Positions 27,455 to 40,090 of a stretch of DNA of 64,000 nt are shown in pieces. The stretch lies in the NCBI RefSeq assembly GCF_009914755.1, contig NC_060937.1; one strand, 5' to 3'. The stretch is from the human T2T-CHM13v2.0 reference genome, Homo sapiens. The notes below the pieces were generated by a model that was not told where the DNA came from, did not search any database, and was given only the letters and a program-made list of their open reading frames with translations. The position numbers and the translations under genes were made by a program. Each line of letters begins with the position of its first letter. Positions within the stretch are counted from its first letter, which is position 1.

Positions 27455-27598
27455 CACCCAGTTAATTTTTGTACTTTTTGTAGAGATGGGGTTTCACCAT
27501 GTTGCCCAGTCTGGTCTCGAACTCCTGAGCTCAAGCGATCCGCCCACCTCGGCCTCCCAAAGTGCTGGGGTTACAGGCTCATGCCACCGCGCCTGGCC
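27455..27598 (-). mobile_element. Alu left arm abutting the L1PB fragment
   Basis: Left monomer plus linker only. Confidence 0.85.
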
Positions 27599-27909
27599 TC
27601 ACTATTTATTTAGACAAATATTCCACATCCATGATTCTCTCCAGTCAAAAGTTCTTTTTGAGGTGATGCTGTTGGCTTTGGCCAATCAGAGAATGAAATA
27701 CCCCGCCCGACACCCACCCCCACACACACCTACACACACTTGCTGGCTGATACCTGAAATCCCTGCGGCAGGGACAGAGCTTTGGTCCCCACCCTTAAAT
27801 GGAGGCTTGAGACCAACACTCCCCACCCTACCCGCTGATAGAAGGAGCCAGTGAATCCCTACTTGGTTATGGTTGGGTCCTATCCCTCATCCTTCAAATT
27901 AATTCACCC

Positions 27910-28610
27910 TCAAGTTAAAAGAACCAGGTGGGATACCAAAATGCGGGGAGTTTTGAGCCACTGGAGTGAGCCTGCTTCTTCCATTGTAGGGGGTGGACAA
28001 TGGGGCAGGGGCTGCAGGGTCACCCCAGGTCGGCCTTCCCCGCTCCCTGGCCATTTGCTGGAGTCTGTACCCGGAGCTGGAGTCACTGCCCCTCTGCACT
28101 GCTGCATCATCTGTGACACTGAAGAGCCCCGTTCAATTGGTCAGCTGGTCACCACTCTGCCAACCAAACTGGAGGCCTCTGGCAAGAAAACGAAGCAGTT
28201 GGTACCCATGCCCATTTGCTGGGTTAAGCCTGTCTACCAGGGAGCTCAGGGAGCTACATTCTGTCACAGTACCGAAGTGACACATTGCCTTGGTCATACA
28301 GTTAAAGGAGATGATGGTAATGACTGCAGCCATGAGGATGGCAATCATAAACCACAGCCCTCGGCAGTGCTCTCTGCTCTTCCACACCCATCCCCTCATT
28401 CCATCTGTACCAGCAGGACTGAGAGCGCACATTTCACACACAGGGACATTGAGGCTCTGCAACATGAAGGTCACAGAGCTCTTCTTCCTCCTATATGATG
28501 CCATCCCTCAAATCCTGCCTCTAGGTAAGCCAGAAGAGCTCCAGCACCAGCACTTTGTCCTCCTCAGAAGCCAGACACACTTCAGAGCTTTTAATGAAAT
28601 CTACAGTTTT
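27910..28610 (-). pseudogene. Weak candidate distal exon(s) of the disabled minus-strand gene
   Basis: Frame DFIKSSEVCLASEEDKVLVLELFWLT*RQDLRDGII*EEEE looks coding; boundaries unclear. Confidence 0.25.
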
Positions 28611-28625
28611 CCAGCACACAAGGAT

Positions 28626-29270
28626 ACCACTTCTGGTTTAAGATGATAAACTCAACACATATTTATCTCTACTCCTTCCCCAACCCTCACTAAAATGACA
28701 ACAAAGGGATAAATCCAGACATGCATGTGCAGAGGAGGCCATAGAAGGGCCCAACCACAACATGCTGGAAGACACAGAGCACAAGGTCACGGACATCACC
28801 CAGGGAGAGTGGACACCTGACTGCCTGCAGGAAGCAGATCTACTCACAATGAACATCTCAGGAAGGCTCAGGAATGGAAGGCCCCCAGGGTCAGCGAAGG
28901 TGGGAGTACAAAACAGAGCTAAGAGCAGGACTGTTTGAATTTTGCATAAGGAGCAGCTAGATGACCCTCCTTCCAATGCCCCACACATTCCCACGCCAGG
29001 TCCTCTTCCCAAGCCCAACCAGCCTGGCCACTCCACCTGCCCACCTCACACATGTCAGGAGGTTGCTTTCAGGGGAAATGGACCCAGAGAAGTTCTGCAC
29101 TGTTTTCCTCATACCAGAGACTCCGCACTGAAAACAGCGGGTGTGTCTGAAAGTCTGCTTACTGAGTGCACCTGGCTTCTGAATGCTGGAGCCACACACT
29201 CTGCCTTCCAAGTTTGGTGAGGGATGGGTTTCTCAGGATGGAAACTGATCCACTCAAAAGAAACAGATAT
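28626..29270 (+). mobile_element. Probable old L1M 5'-region fragment
   Basis: ACTTCTGGTTTAAGATG...CACTAAAATGACAACAAAGG pattern recalled from ancient L1 5' ends. Confidence 0.4.
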
Positions 29271-29305
29271 GAAGGACAGGACTGGTGCCCACGTGATCAC
29301 CCCAG

Positions 29306-29512
29306 GGCAGGCTTTCTCAGTCTGGCACTATGCATCTGGGGCTGGCTACTTCTTTGTTGTGGGACTGTCCTGTGCATTCTAGGATGCTGAGCAACATCCC
29401 TGGTCTCTACCACTGGATGCCAGCAGCACTTTGATTGTTGGGACAATCAAAAATGTCTCCAGATATTGCCAAATGCCTCCTGGGGGCAAAATCACCCCAG
29501 TTGAGAACAACA
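29306..29512 (-). mobile_element. MER20 (hAT-Charlie)
   Basis: AAAAATGTCTCCAGATATTGCCAAATGCCTCCTGGGGGCAAAATCACCCC. Confidence 0.9.
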
Positions 29513-29640
29513 GTCTACAACAACGCACAGAGCTTCCAAGAAACCTTCTAGTGACTGGCCCTTAAATATAAACAGGCTGTTAGAGACCACCAACATGTGA
29601 AGAAAGTTTTAACAGTCAGAGAACAAAACAAAACAAAACA

Positions 29641-29870
29641 GTTTTCTCTGCTCGTGCCTAGTGTGGCCTCACTACACAGAACAATGCCAGTAAGTTTGTG
29701 GACCTGTACATCCCATGGAAATGCTCCAGCAGCCATCACGTCATTGGTGCCAAAGACCACACGTCCATGCAGATGAACATGGCGAGGTTGACCAGGTTAC
29801 GGGCAGGTTTAACGACCCGTTTAAAACTTATGTTATCCACAGGGCCGTTCGTGGGATGGGTGAGTCAGAG
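29641..29870 (+). pseudogene. RPS21 (pseudogene): Processed pseudogene of 40S ribosomal protein S21
   Basis: Intronless. Translates [65 protein letters not shown] versus RPS21 [65 protein letters not shown]. ATG lost (ACA at 29674), 1-nt frameshift, 3' end missing. Confidence 0.95.
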
Positions 29871-30172
29871 AAGCATTTCTGAGTTTGCTTGTTTCAAAAT
29901 CAGGTTCATGCATTAATACCCAGGAAGCTTCGCTGGCAGCTCACTTCCTGCTGTCCCACACTTTGGCTCCCCGGCCGCTGTTGTTGGGGACGACCTCTTT
30001 CTCCCCTGGCATCTCCCTGAAGGCTTCCTTCTGCTCCCTGTTTCTGGGCCTCTGGACCAGACCTAAGCCAGTAAAAGGCGGTCGGGTGGCAGAGTCCTGC
30101 CAATTGTTGAATCTGGGTGATGGGTGTAAGGGTATTCCTTGTACTCATCTCGCTACATTTGTGAGTGCTTGA

Positions 30173-30462
30173 TTTTTTTTTTTTTTTTTTTTACTGATAA
30201 GGTCTCACTCTGTCGCCCAAGCTGGAGTGCATTGGTGTGATCCCAGCCCACTGCAGCCTTGAACTTCTGGGCTCAAGCAATGCTCCCACCTCAGTCTCTG
30301 CAGCAGCTAAGACTACAGGCGTACACCACCATACCTGGCTAATTAAAAAATTTATTGTAGAGACAGGGGTGTGGCTGCTTTCCAACTCCTGACGTCAAGC
30401 AATCCTCACACCTCAGCTTCTAAAAGTGCTGGGATTACAGGCATGAGCCACTGTGCTCAGCC
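30173..30462 (-). mobile_element. AluJ-like inserted in an old L1 3' fragment
   Basis: Antisense dimer; TSD TGCTTGA(A)TTTTT. Confidence 0.9.
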
Positions 30463-30824
30463 AATGCTTGAATTTTTAACGATGAAAAAAATCCAAAAGA
30501 TAAAACGGGTGTTGGTGGATCCGGGAGCTGACAGGATTTGTTTGCTGGTCACATAATATGGGTGAAGATTATACCTGGCATTTTACATGCCTTATTTAAT
30601 TACCACCAGGGACCCAGTGACCACGACCTCAGAGGGCTCCCTGCCCTGCACAATTACCTGGAACATTCTTTCCCTTCTCCTCATCCTGACAGACTTTTCA
30701 TTGAAGGCCCAGCTGGAGTGTGATCTAAGGTCAAAGCCTCCTCAGGAAGCCACAGTGCCTGAGCCCGGAAGGTGCGAGTGGTTTTCTGAGGAGTCTGGGC
30801 TGGATGGGCCGGCCTGTCTCTCTC

Positions 30825-30925
30825 AGCACCCAGGGAATGTGGAATTCCTGAGGGTCGGGTCTGGGAATGTGTTTTACAAGCTCTCCAGGTGATGCTTATG
30901 AGCACTAAAGTTTGCGAACCATGCC
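30825..30925 (+). mobile_element. MER5A-like fragment
   Basis: TTTTACAAGCTCTCCAGGTGATGCTTATGAGCACTAAAGTTTGCGAACCA. Confidence 0.65.
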
Positions 30926-31106
30926 TAGTTGTTTAAATTGCATTTCTGAATGGCCTGGGAGGCCACCTCTCCCTGGTTCTTTACTTGCTGTCAAAATACA
31001 AAAGTGTGTGTGCACAGGAAAAAGACTCGGGGGGATAGACACTGAAAATATGAGCAGTGGTTATCTCTGGAAGACAAGGTGACAGGTGACTGTTATTTAT
31101 TTTCAC

Positions 31107-31184
31107 ATTATTGTCTGTTTCATCTACAATGGTGTTTGGTGCTTGAATTAACTCCGAAAGACCCTGAGTCTTTATGGTCTTTAG
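31107..31184 (-). pseudogene. Candidate exon (78 nt): LKTIKTQGLSELIQAPNTIVDETDNN
   Basis: Strong pyrimidine tract + AAG acceptor; GTGAAA donor; open frame. Confidence 0.45.
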
Positions 31185-31477
31185 CTTGCAGAGGAGGAAG
31201 GAAGCAAAAGGAAGACCACACTGGAAGGACCTTCATTAAACAGGGCATGACAGTGGGGACAGTGACTGTTGTCACTGGACGATTTCTGTGTTGAGAGGGC
31301 CCCATGGACGTGCCAGGGAAAGAACTCTAGCCTCATTTATTCAGGACTGTGCAAAACAATTTTGCAGGTGCAGAGCCAGGTTTGAGCACATTGGTGGATG
31401 CCTGAAGTTTCTAACAATAGATTTTAAAATAGAAGATTGTTGGTGGTTTCTGCTGCCTCCAGAGGGCTGGGTTCTAA

Positions 31478-31816
31478 TCAAGAGGAACTGAGCTTTGTGA
31501 CAAGGTGTCCATGCTCCTTCTTCCCTTTCCCATGACCCATGCTACCAATGTGGTGGAGCCCCGAGTGTCTCCCCAAGCTGCTACCGCCTTCTGCCAGTGG
31601 AAGCTCCCCACAGGTGGGCTGTTGGCTATGGGCCGGGTCAACGTCCACACTGATCAGGCTGTCATAAAGTGCAGTTGCCTGACACAGGCTCTCTGCAGAG
31701 GGCACGTCATGGCCACTGCGCCATCCTCTGACCTGGCACTGGGAAGACTGTGCCAGTCTCTGAGCTACACTAGCACTAAGTCTCCCTTTCAGGATCCCAT
31801 AATTGTGATCGAATCC
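31478..31816 (-). pseudogene. Candidate exon: GFDHNYGILKGRLSASVAQRLAQSSQCQ...
   Basis: Pyrimidine tract + TAG acceptor; frame open to the stop at 31478; 3' boundary unclear. Confidence 0.35.
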
Positions 31817-32520
31817 CTATGACATGGGAGTGGCAGAGGCTGAAGAAACAGAGCTCTCTCCAAGACTTGGGGCTGAACTCCTGCCGACCAGAAGCAGTGG
31901 ATGTTCGCTTACTGTGGGATGAGCAGAGCCAGCCCAACATCCAGGAAGGCCCTGTCCCCAGCCAGGCGACAGCCAGCAGTCCCTGCAGGGCTCTGTCACA
32001 GTTGGGAGCAGCTTTCTGAGTGTGCTCTGCAGAGGACACCACGACCCATTCACCCATCTCCCAGACTGCCTGGCTTGCTGATTTTTCTACCGGCAGCCAC
32101 GTTCCCGTTAGGAAGACAGTCTTCTAGAACTTTCTCCTTCTCTTCCATGTCTAGTCCCTCCCCCATGCCTCACCCCAGGCACTTGGGAAAGGGGAGAAAA
32201 CAAAGACAGAGGCAGGCGATTCCGGTCCCCTCATCAGCCTTCTTATTTTCTCTCTAGAAGTCATCAGTAGCATCCTTTCTTGAGAAATCAGAAGTGGGGG
32301 CAGGCGATGAACCGGGAAGAGGTGACCAGCAGGGCGGTGAGACAGGAGAGATCAGAACTCAGATGTCTGAGTCCTGCGCCCACCCCCTGCGTGTTTGGTG
32401 CTCCCTCTCTGTTGCTCTCAGCTGCTCCAGCTGCTGCTGCCGGCCATCCCCAGTGTCTGGAAGGCAGCATGCCGAGGGATGCTGCAGAGCCCTTTCCAGG
32501 AGGGAGTCCACACAGGCCAC

Positions 32521-32897
32521 CTCTGGGACAGGAATGACAAATCCTGAAGCAGTGGTGGTCGGCACTCAATTTATAAGCGTAATGTTTTCTGCAAAGGTCT
32601 CCTCCCCTCCCAGCTTATAATTTAAATTGTGTTCAAGGAAAACAAGCTGAGTGTTCTAAAACCCAAAGATAGTCATAACATTGAGCGTGATAAAAGTCTG
32701 GAGGAAAAGTGGTTTACTCTGATGTGTTTTTCACCTCACAAACTGCTAAATAAACAGAACACACATAGCCCCAGAAGTGTTTTATTGCACCTCCTGTGTG
32801 TATTTCCTGAAGATGTTTCTCTGCATATCTCAGCCTCCATAATTTAGCTAAAGCTGCAGAGGTGGAAAGCCGCTCAACCATCTGTCCCTGCATCAAC
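32521..32897 (-). pseudogene. Candidate exon: LMQGQMVERLSTSAALAKLWRLRYAEKHLQEIHTGGAIKHFWGYVCSVYLAVCEVKNTSE*TTFPPDFYHAQCYDYLWVLEH...
   Basis: CTCCCAG acceptor, phase 2; coding-like frame continues through stops; end uncertain. Confidence 0.55.
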
Positions 32898-33049
32898 CTG
32901 GGAGTCGCGTGGCTGTGTTACCTGTGCTTCTGGGATTCGTAGCCCTTCAGGGGTGGCAAGGGGACTCTGGGGCCGGCAGGTGGTCATGTCACAAGCAGCT
33001 CTCCTCCCTGGCTGGTGGGGCGCTGCTTGGCCTTGTTCCGGCAACTTAG

Positions 33050-33460
<411 letters not shown>

Positions 33461-33502
33461 TAAGTAAAATGGAGGAACCCAAAAGTGTCCAACTATGCAG
33501 AC

Positions 33503-33553
33503 CTTCTACAATGCTTGGAAGTCTGCTGTGGAATCTGGTTTTCAGGGAGATTC
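33503..33553 (-). pseudogene. Weak candidate exon (51 nt): [16 protein letters not shown]
   Basis: TTTCTGCTTCTTTAG acceptor; phase 2/2 fits neighbours; weak donor. Confidence 0.3.
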
Positions 33554-33744
33554 CTAAAGAAGCAGAAATGCCGTCAGGAAATGGCCTAGTGGTGGAGGTA
33601 CAAAGGAAGCGAGAGTAGGTAGGTTTTATTCCCCCACCCCCACACTTGCTGGCTGAGGTGGTCTATGATAGGCCACCCAGTTTCTGTGCCTGGTATTTGA
33701 TGGGGAAGGGGACAGAGGTTTTCACATAAGAAAAGGATACTGAC

Positions 33745-33865
33745 TGTCTGCAGAGCTCTAATCAGTCCTGTTGACGGCATCAAAAAATGTAAAGTTTCCA
33801 AAAGTCTCGTTAGTAGCCTACATTCAAAGCCCTCCCTTTGTGGTGACATCATGCATGCAGTTCAC
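33745..33865 (-). pseudogene. Candidate exon (121 nt): ELHA*CHHKGRALNVGY*RDFWKLYIF*CRQQD*LELCR
   Basis: CCCCCATAG acceptor, GTCAGT donor; stops mostly TGA. Confidence 0.4.
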
Positions 33866-33935
33866 CTATGGGGGACTGAAGTTCTCACTCCTCACAACAA
33901 CAAATCTATTACCAGGTGTTAAAGTTATAGAAGTT

Positions 33936-34207
33936 GGCCAGGCCCGGTGGCTCATGCCTGTAATCCCAGCATTTTGGGAGGCTGAGGCAGGCGGATCACC
34001 TGATGTTTGGATACTGAAAAAAAAAATACAAAAAGTAGCCGGGTGTGGTGGCGCACACTTGTAATCCCAGCTACTCAAGAGGGGGAGGCAGGAGAATCGT
34101 TTGAATCCAGGAGGCGGAGGTTGCAGTGAGCCAAGATTATGCCACTGCATTCCGGCCTGGGCAACAGAGCAAGAACATGTCTAAAATAAATAAATAAGTT
34201 AATAAAT
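33936..34207 (+). mobile_element. AluS with internal left-arm deletion
   Basis: TSD AAAGTTA(T/C)AGAAGTT. Confidence 0.95.
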
Positions 34208-34443
34208 AAAGTTACAGAAGTTGACTCTTATAAGATGGGGAGGTCTCTACTGGCAAAAAGGGATAGTTTAGAATTCTTTGCCTCCCTCCTATGCACAACT
34301 AGAGATTGACAGTTTTCTTATATAAGGCCCCAATATCACCATACAAAATATCTTTCCATTAGAGTTCAGTGGTTCTCAATCTTACATATACAGAATCATT
34401 CTGCAGAATTGTTTACCCAAAACCATCTCACTGCGCTTTATGG

Positions 34444-34447
<4 letters not shown>

Positions 34448-34478
<31 letters not shown>

Positions 34479-34730
34479 AGACGGAGTCTCACTCTGTCGC
34501 CCAGCCTGGAGTGCAGTGGCGCGATATCGGCTCACGACAAGCTCCACCTCTCGGGTTCACGCCATTCTCCTGCCTCAGCCTCCCCAGTAGCTGGGTTTAC
34601 AGGCACCCGCCACCACGCCCGGCTAAATTTTTTTGTATTTTTAGTAGAGACGGGGTTTCACTGTGTTAGCCAGGATGGTCTCGATCTCCTGACCTCGTGA
34701 TCCACCAGCCTCGGCCTCCCAAAGTGCTGG
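34448..34730 (-). mobile_element. AluY, 5'-truncated
   Basis: AluY-type GGGTTCACGCCATTCTCC and GGATGGTCTCGATCTCC; TSD TATGGG(G/A)GATTT. Confidence 0.95.
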
Positions 34731-34785
34731 TATGGGAGATTTAAGGGAATTTTAGAGGTAATTGAAATGTGGACATGATTTTTGC

Positions 34786-34953
34786 CTTTCACACTGATGT
34801 CAGAGCCTATCCTGTGTGTAGACGCCACGCACAGCGTCTGTGGGAAATAGATGCGCACATGCCGACCGTACTTGGGCTGTTCTCCCAGGATTTGTCTCCC
34901 CAAAACCTGGACTGTTCCTCTTGTGACTTCTTTCTATTGTTACCACTTTGGGC
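34786..34953 (-). pseudogene. Candidate exon: AQSGNNRKKSQEEQSRFWG...
   Basis: Very long pyrimidine tract + GAG acceptor; locally CpG-rich; donor uncertain. Confidence 0.4.
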
Positions 34954-35099
34954 CTCAAATATAGAGAAGAAAAAAGCACAAAGAAAAGAGAAAAGGGCAG
35001 CATGTCAATAGGGTTCGTTACCCTTAGATTTAGGGGATTTTTTTTTCTGTTCCTTACATAAACATATTCAGGTCAAAAAATAATATATCATCCCACAGT

Positions 35100-35104
35100 T
35101 AAAA

Positions 35105-35180
<76 letters not shown>

Positions 35181-35182
35181 AA

Positions 35183-35218
<36 letters not shown>

Positions 35219-35220
35219 AA
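35100..35220. repeat. (AAAG)n microsatellite
   Basis: ~28 GAAA units with one interruption. Confidence 0.98.
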
Positions 35221-35240
35221 ACACACAACACGTGCAATAC

Positions 35241-35425
35241 GTCCCGGGCGCCACTCAGTCTGAAGCTGGCCCAAGTTTATCTCTGACTGTCCACTGGCAG
35301 TTTGAAACATTGCAGCTCACTGATAACCAGAAATGAGTAAGCACTATGACCGTTCAGAATGTCACACTGAAGCACCAATAAAAAGCTCATAACTTTCGCA
35401 ACAGCAGAGTTATGTGGCCAGCATG
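35241..35425 (-). pseudogene. Candidate exon: CWPHNSAVAKVMSFLLVLQCDILNGHSAYSFLVISELQCFKLPVDSQR*...
   Basis: TTCCTTCCCCAG acceptor; the upstream intron would be only 69 nt. Confidence 0.35.
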
Positions 35426-35494
35426 CTGGGGAAGGAACGTTTACATTACCCATCTGCAGGTTACAAATGACTGTTTAATCAGCGTCCTCCTTAC

Positions 35495-35842
35495 CTAACT
35501 TGGCCTGCTTGGCCCTCAGGCCCGGGCGGCCCGAGAGCATTCCACGGCACCTGCAATGCTTTCCAATTCCCGGAAAGCAGAATGCAGCCAACTGAAAATT
35601 CCTGGAGCCAGTTTTCTCAGAGATCCACATTAAACCAGAAGCTACGTCACTGGAGTCTGGGAGGATCTCAGGTTCTGAGCAGAGCTTTCTCGCCCCCTCC
35701 TGCTGCTAATGAGGGTCAAGGTGCTTCCTGAAAGTGAGGCCCCTCTGGGGAACTTGACTGCCATCAAGGTAGAAAACCCTGGAACTGGAAGGCAGCCACA
35801 TGCTGGCTGATGCGGAGATTATTGTCATTTAAAAAGTGATGA
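35495..35842 (-). pseudogene. Exon (348 nt): HHFLNDNNLRISQHVAAFQFQGFLP*W...SFWFNVDL*ENWLQEF/SWLHSAFRELESIAGAVEC
   Basis: TTTTTTTTCTCACAG acceptor and AG|GTAAGG donor; phase-2 start. Confidence 0.65.
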
Positions 35843-36089
35843 CTGTGAGAAAAAAAATTATAATTGATTTAAAAATAAAGGACTAGAATGAGATCTCTTG
35901 ATAACTCTCCCCCTCCCCACCTCCCATTCACCCAAACTTGAGCCCAGCCCTCATGCATATGGGATCAGCCCAACTGGCCTTCTAATAGAGTTCAGCTTCC
36001 AGGGTGTGCCGGTCACTTTGCCCCGTGCTCCCAGCAAATGGTCAGGCAGTGATGCTTTTTGGTGAGGATGATAACTTTGGGTTTTGGTT

Positions 36090-36460
36090 TTTTCTTTTTT
36101 TAATTTTTGGTGTAATTTATACATAATAAAGTGCATAAACCTTAAGAGAATGTTACTATCTGCACACATCAGTGTGACCAGCAACCGGGTCACAATAAAG
36201 GCATTTCCAGTCCCCTAGGGGCCCCGTTATGCTCTCTCCCTGTGCCCAGTCAACCACATCCTGCCACTTGACTGGAAGACGTAGCACCATTCTGACTCCT
36301 ACCTCCATGGGTTTGTGCTGCCTGGTTTTGAACTTTATACGAATGGAATCACACACCAGTTACTCTTATGCGTCTCGCCTTTCCCACTGCACTTTGTCTG
36401 CGACAGTCATCCATAATGGTGTGTGAAGCTATGACTTATTCTCTTCCTTGACGGCTGACG
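36090..36460 (-). mobile_element. L1ME-like 3' fragment
   Basis: GGTGTAATTTATACATAATAAAGTGCATAAACCTTAAG...TGAACTTTATACGAATGGAATCA. Confidence 0.75.
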
Positions 36461-36560
36461 TGTTTTAATGGTGAGGGCTGGTCCTCGTGTGGCCTCAGTC
36501 TTCTTGTCCTGTTCCCCCAACTCCTTCTCCATTCAAATCAGCATGTGAACTTGCCCTCAC

Positions 36561-36840
36561 TCTGTGATTTGCTAAAGATGGGAATGTTGGTTCCACTCAT
36601 CCATGTTGCTCTGGAGAAAATCAGTATGCCCACCCTCCCTACGCACTGACGGTTCCTCCCACTACCCAAAGGCTCTGGTGAGGATCCCGTTTAAAATAAG
36701 GCTTGGCCACCCCTCCAGGAATGTGAGACATTGCCACAGGCTCCTGGAAGCCTTTTTGGAAATGCCCTCCCTGAAGGGGTTTCATCAATGGCAAGAAACC
36801 AAATTGGCTCTAGAGTCTGATGGAAATATTGTATTCGGGC
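36561..36840 (-). pseudogene. Exon (280 nt): ARIQYFHQTL/ANLVSCH**NPFREGISKKASRSLWQCLTFLEGWPSLILNGILTRAFG*WEEPSVRREGGHTDFLQSNMDEWNQ
   Basis: AAG acceptor, GA|GTGAGG donor; one inferred 1-nt deletion. Confidence 0.55.
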
Positions 36841-36982
36841 CTTAGATGGTGTCAAGACTATGCTCTGTTCTGGGCTGGTAACCAGCATGGAGAAATGCCA
36901 CCATTGGACTTTGGCTAGGAAATGAGTTCAAGAGATAATAAAGTGCAAAAACAAAAAGTGAAAAGATGTATTTTTTTTAAAC

Positions 36983-37120
36983 ATTTATTTATTCATTTAT
37001 CTGTAGAGATAAGTTCTCCCTATATTGCCCAGGCTGGTCACAAACTCCTGGACCCAAGCAATCCTCCCACCTCGGCCTCCCAAAGTGCTGGGATTACAGG
37101 CATGAACCATATGCCCAGCC
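36983..37120 (-). mobile_element. Alu monomer (FLAM-like)
   Basis: Left-arm only. Confidence 0.85.
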
Positions 37121-37128
37121 ATATATAT

Positions 37129-37427
<299 letters not shown>

Positions 37428-37659
37428 TGAAAAGGAAGGACAGTGGTAAGTAAGGAGAAGAGAGGAGAGGGTGAGTCTTCCTAGTTGTCAGAAGCTAAGG
37501 AAGGGAATGCTTAGACATAAGAGTAGAGTGGTACGGTCAGGGGAGAATCGCAACTTCTAGTATTAAAAACAATTGTGGGCACTGTGGGTGTGCAAGTTAG
37601 AAAACATGTAACGAACATGTAGCTACCAGTCTGGCCAGTAGATGTCAGGCTAAGACAAC

Positions 37660-37954
37660 CTATTCTCTGTGAGCACCACCGCCCAGCTGATGAACAGCCT
37701 CTCTGAGCCAAAATTCAATAAGAAACGTGGGACTCAGAGAAGGTGTGGCAGCATTGTCAAATTAGGCAAATCTCTGCTGTTACTCCAACAGTCTAATGAG
37801 CAAAAAGTCCTGTAGGAATCACAGCTCTTTTTCTCAACTTTTTTCTTTTTCTCTCTTAACTCCTGGCTATACTTAGATAGATAATAGAACTCAAGAAAGA
37901 CAGGCTTATTTTCTGATTTCCAGTTATTTATTTCAATATAGATACTTCTTTCTG
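37660..37954 (-). pseudogene. Exon (295 nt): ERSIYIEINNWKSENKPVFLEFYYLSKYSQELREKKKKVEK/EL*FLQDFLLIRLLE*QQRFA*FDNAATPSLSPTFLIEFWLREAVHQLGGG
   Basis: TTTTTCTAACTTAG acceptor, phase 1 matching the upstream exon; inferred 1-nt loss in an A-run. Confidence 0.65.
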
Positions 37955-37997
37955 CTAAGTTAGAAAAATTGCATAGCTTGGGATGTGATGCGTTTGA

Positions 37998-38397
<400 letters not shown>

Positions 38398-38799
38398 TGA
38401 GGCTCTATACTCAGGTCTGTGGCTTGGTGTTGGAAAGTACAAAGTGCCCCTGATTCACGGTCTCTGCCTTCTAGCTATGAATTCCCTATTCATCTATAAT
38501 TTCCTTGAGCACCAAGACCAAACCTTACAGACTCCTGAATGGATGTCTGCATATAGGTCTCCTGCATGGATGACTGTGCTTGGCACATAGAAGAATTTCA
38601 ACAAATACCTGCTGCTTCTGTTGTCTTCCACATGTACCAGCAAGCTAACATGTAGGGGATACCACTCAAAATCTGACAGTACACAATTAACTGCTAAATG
38701 GGCAGTTGAGACACCAAAGCGTTTTAGGTTTTTTTTCTCCATTTTCCCCGGCTCCTTGCACAGCGAGGACCAGGATCATGTGATCTGTATTTCTTTTGC

Positions 38800-38990
38800 T
38801 GTCATCATTGCTAGAGACCACATACTGAGCATGTCCTTGTGCCTGGCCCTGGGAGAAGTGTGGTGTGCATTCTCTCTTAATTTTCACAACTCCAAGAGGC
38901 AGGTATTACAATTATTCCCATTTTACAGATTAAAAACCTGAGGCTTAAAGAGGTTCAATTTGCTCACAGTTACAGCACATTGAGTCTGTC
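38800..38990 (-). mobile_element. MIR
   Basis: ATTATTCCCATTTTACAGATTAAAAACCTGAGGCTTAAAGAGGTT. Confidence 0.75.
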
Positions 38991-39076
38991 TAGTAACTAA
39001 GGTGATGGCAGCAGGAATTGTCTAGCAAGGCATAAGACACAGGGGTCAGTGATGGTTGGTGGCCTAAGCCCCTCAC

Positions 39077-39833
39077 CCAGCACCATATATTTTCAATGAA
39101 GATCATGGACCTGTCTATGTTTTCAATGAAGAGCCCGTGTGGTTTGAAAGTGCACCAACTGCAAAAAGCAGACTGCATCCTTGAGGGGCAAGTCCCCACG
39201 TATAACTTGCCCAAGAGCCTGGATGTGTGGACTCACTCTTGGCATGGCCGTGAAAAGCAGTCATCCACTTCTTAATTGATTGTACACTGGTTCCATCTCA
39301 AGGATTCCCAGAGAGGATTAAGAAAAAGGATGTTATTCAACCAAAACGCTGATCAAATTAAATATTCAGATCTCAGATATGTCAGTTAAGATCTCAGCTC
39401 AAGGCTGAAATATTTATAAGGAAGATCCTTTCCTCTTTTCCTCTTCAAATCTCACATGTCTGTACTCAGTCCACCTCCCGCTTCCAACCCCTTTTCCTCT
39501 CTTCCTTCACACTTTGCCTCTTCAGAGCAAATACACTTAGCAAACCCGTGGATGTCCCTAACAAGTCCAGGGACACAGCTCATCCTCAGCTTTCTAAGAA
39601 CTCATGATACTGATGCCCAGGCCATGAAACCGGACCCAGAGGGCAGCAGCTTTACCCGTGCAGCTCATTCAGCACCTACCATATGCTGCAGGATAAGTCT
39701 AGGAGAACCGGCCTTCATTGTCTCTCCCTATGCGTCCCGCCTGGTCCTTGAAATAAGTTTGGAGTTAGAGACTAGTTCTCGGTGGGGCTGTTGAGACCTC
39801 TAAGGCAGCAAGTTCACACTTCATTACCCGCTG
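39077..39833 (-). pseudogene. Large exon (757 nt): QRVMKCELAALEVSTAPPRTSL*LQTYFKDQAGRIG/ETMKAGSPRLILQHMVGAE*AARVKLL...KDLPYKYFSLELRS*LTYLRSEYLI*SAFWLNNILFLNP/GILEMEPVYNQLRSG*LLFTAMPRVSPHIQALGQVIRGDLPLKDAVCFLQLVHFQTTRALH*KHRQVHDLH*KYMVL
   Basis: TAG acceptor, G|GTGAGG donor; two compensating frameshifts; 7 of 9 stops are TGA. Confidence 0.75.
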
Positions 39834-39919
39834 CTATGACCAGGGAAACACAGATTCCAGAGATAGGCTGTCTCTCTGAGCAAAGTACTGCAGTAACGAG
39901 CAGAGACTCCAAAGCCAGA

Positions 39920-40090
39920 ATTATGGGCTCCCTGCCCGGTTCTGTCACTTCAAGCTGTGTGGCCTTGGGCAAGTCACCCAGCCTCACTGTAGATCTGTTT
40001 TTTCATCTGCAAAATGGGACGACAATGCTGCTACTGTTAATGATGATGAAACAGCTACTATTGGTAAATAACTTAGAACAGTGCAAAACA
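39920..40090 (+). mobile_element. MIR
   Basis: GCTGTGTGGCCTTGGGCAAGTCAC...CATCTGCAAAATGGG. Confidence 0.75.

Noticed and set aside
27851-28498. 215-aa plus-strand ORF
   Set aside because: GTG start, no recognisable domain or splice context; may be the antisense shadow of a minus-strand pseudo-exon
38609-38672. Candidate 64-nt exon DFEWYPLHVSLLVHVEDNRSS
   Set aside because: Its donor lies in an L2-like tail and its phase-2 end breaks the 39077 to 37954 phase-1 junction
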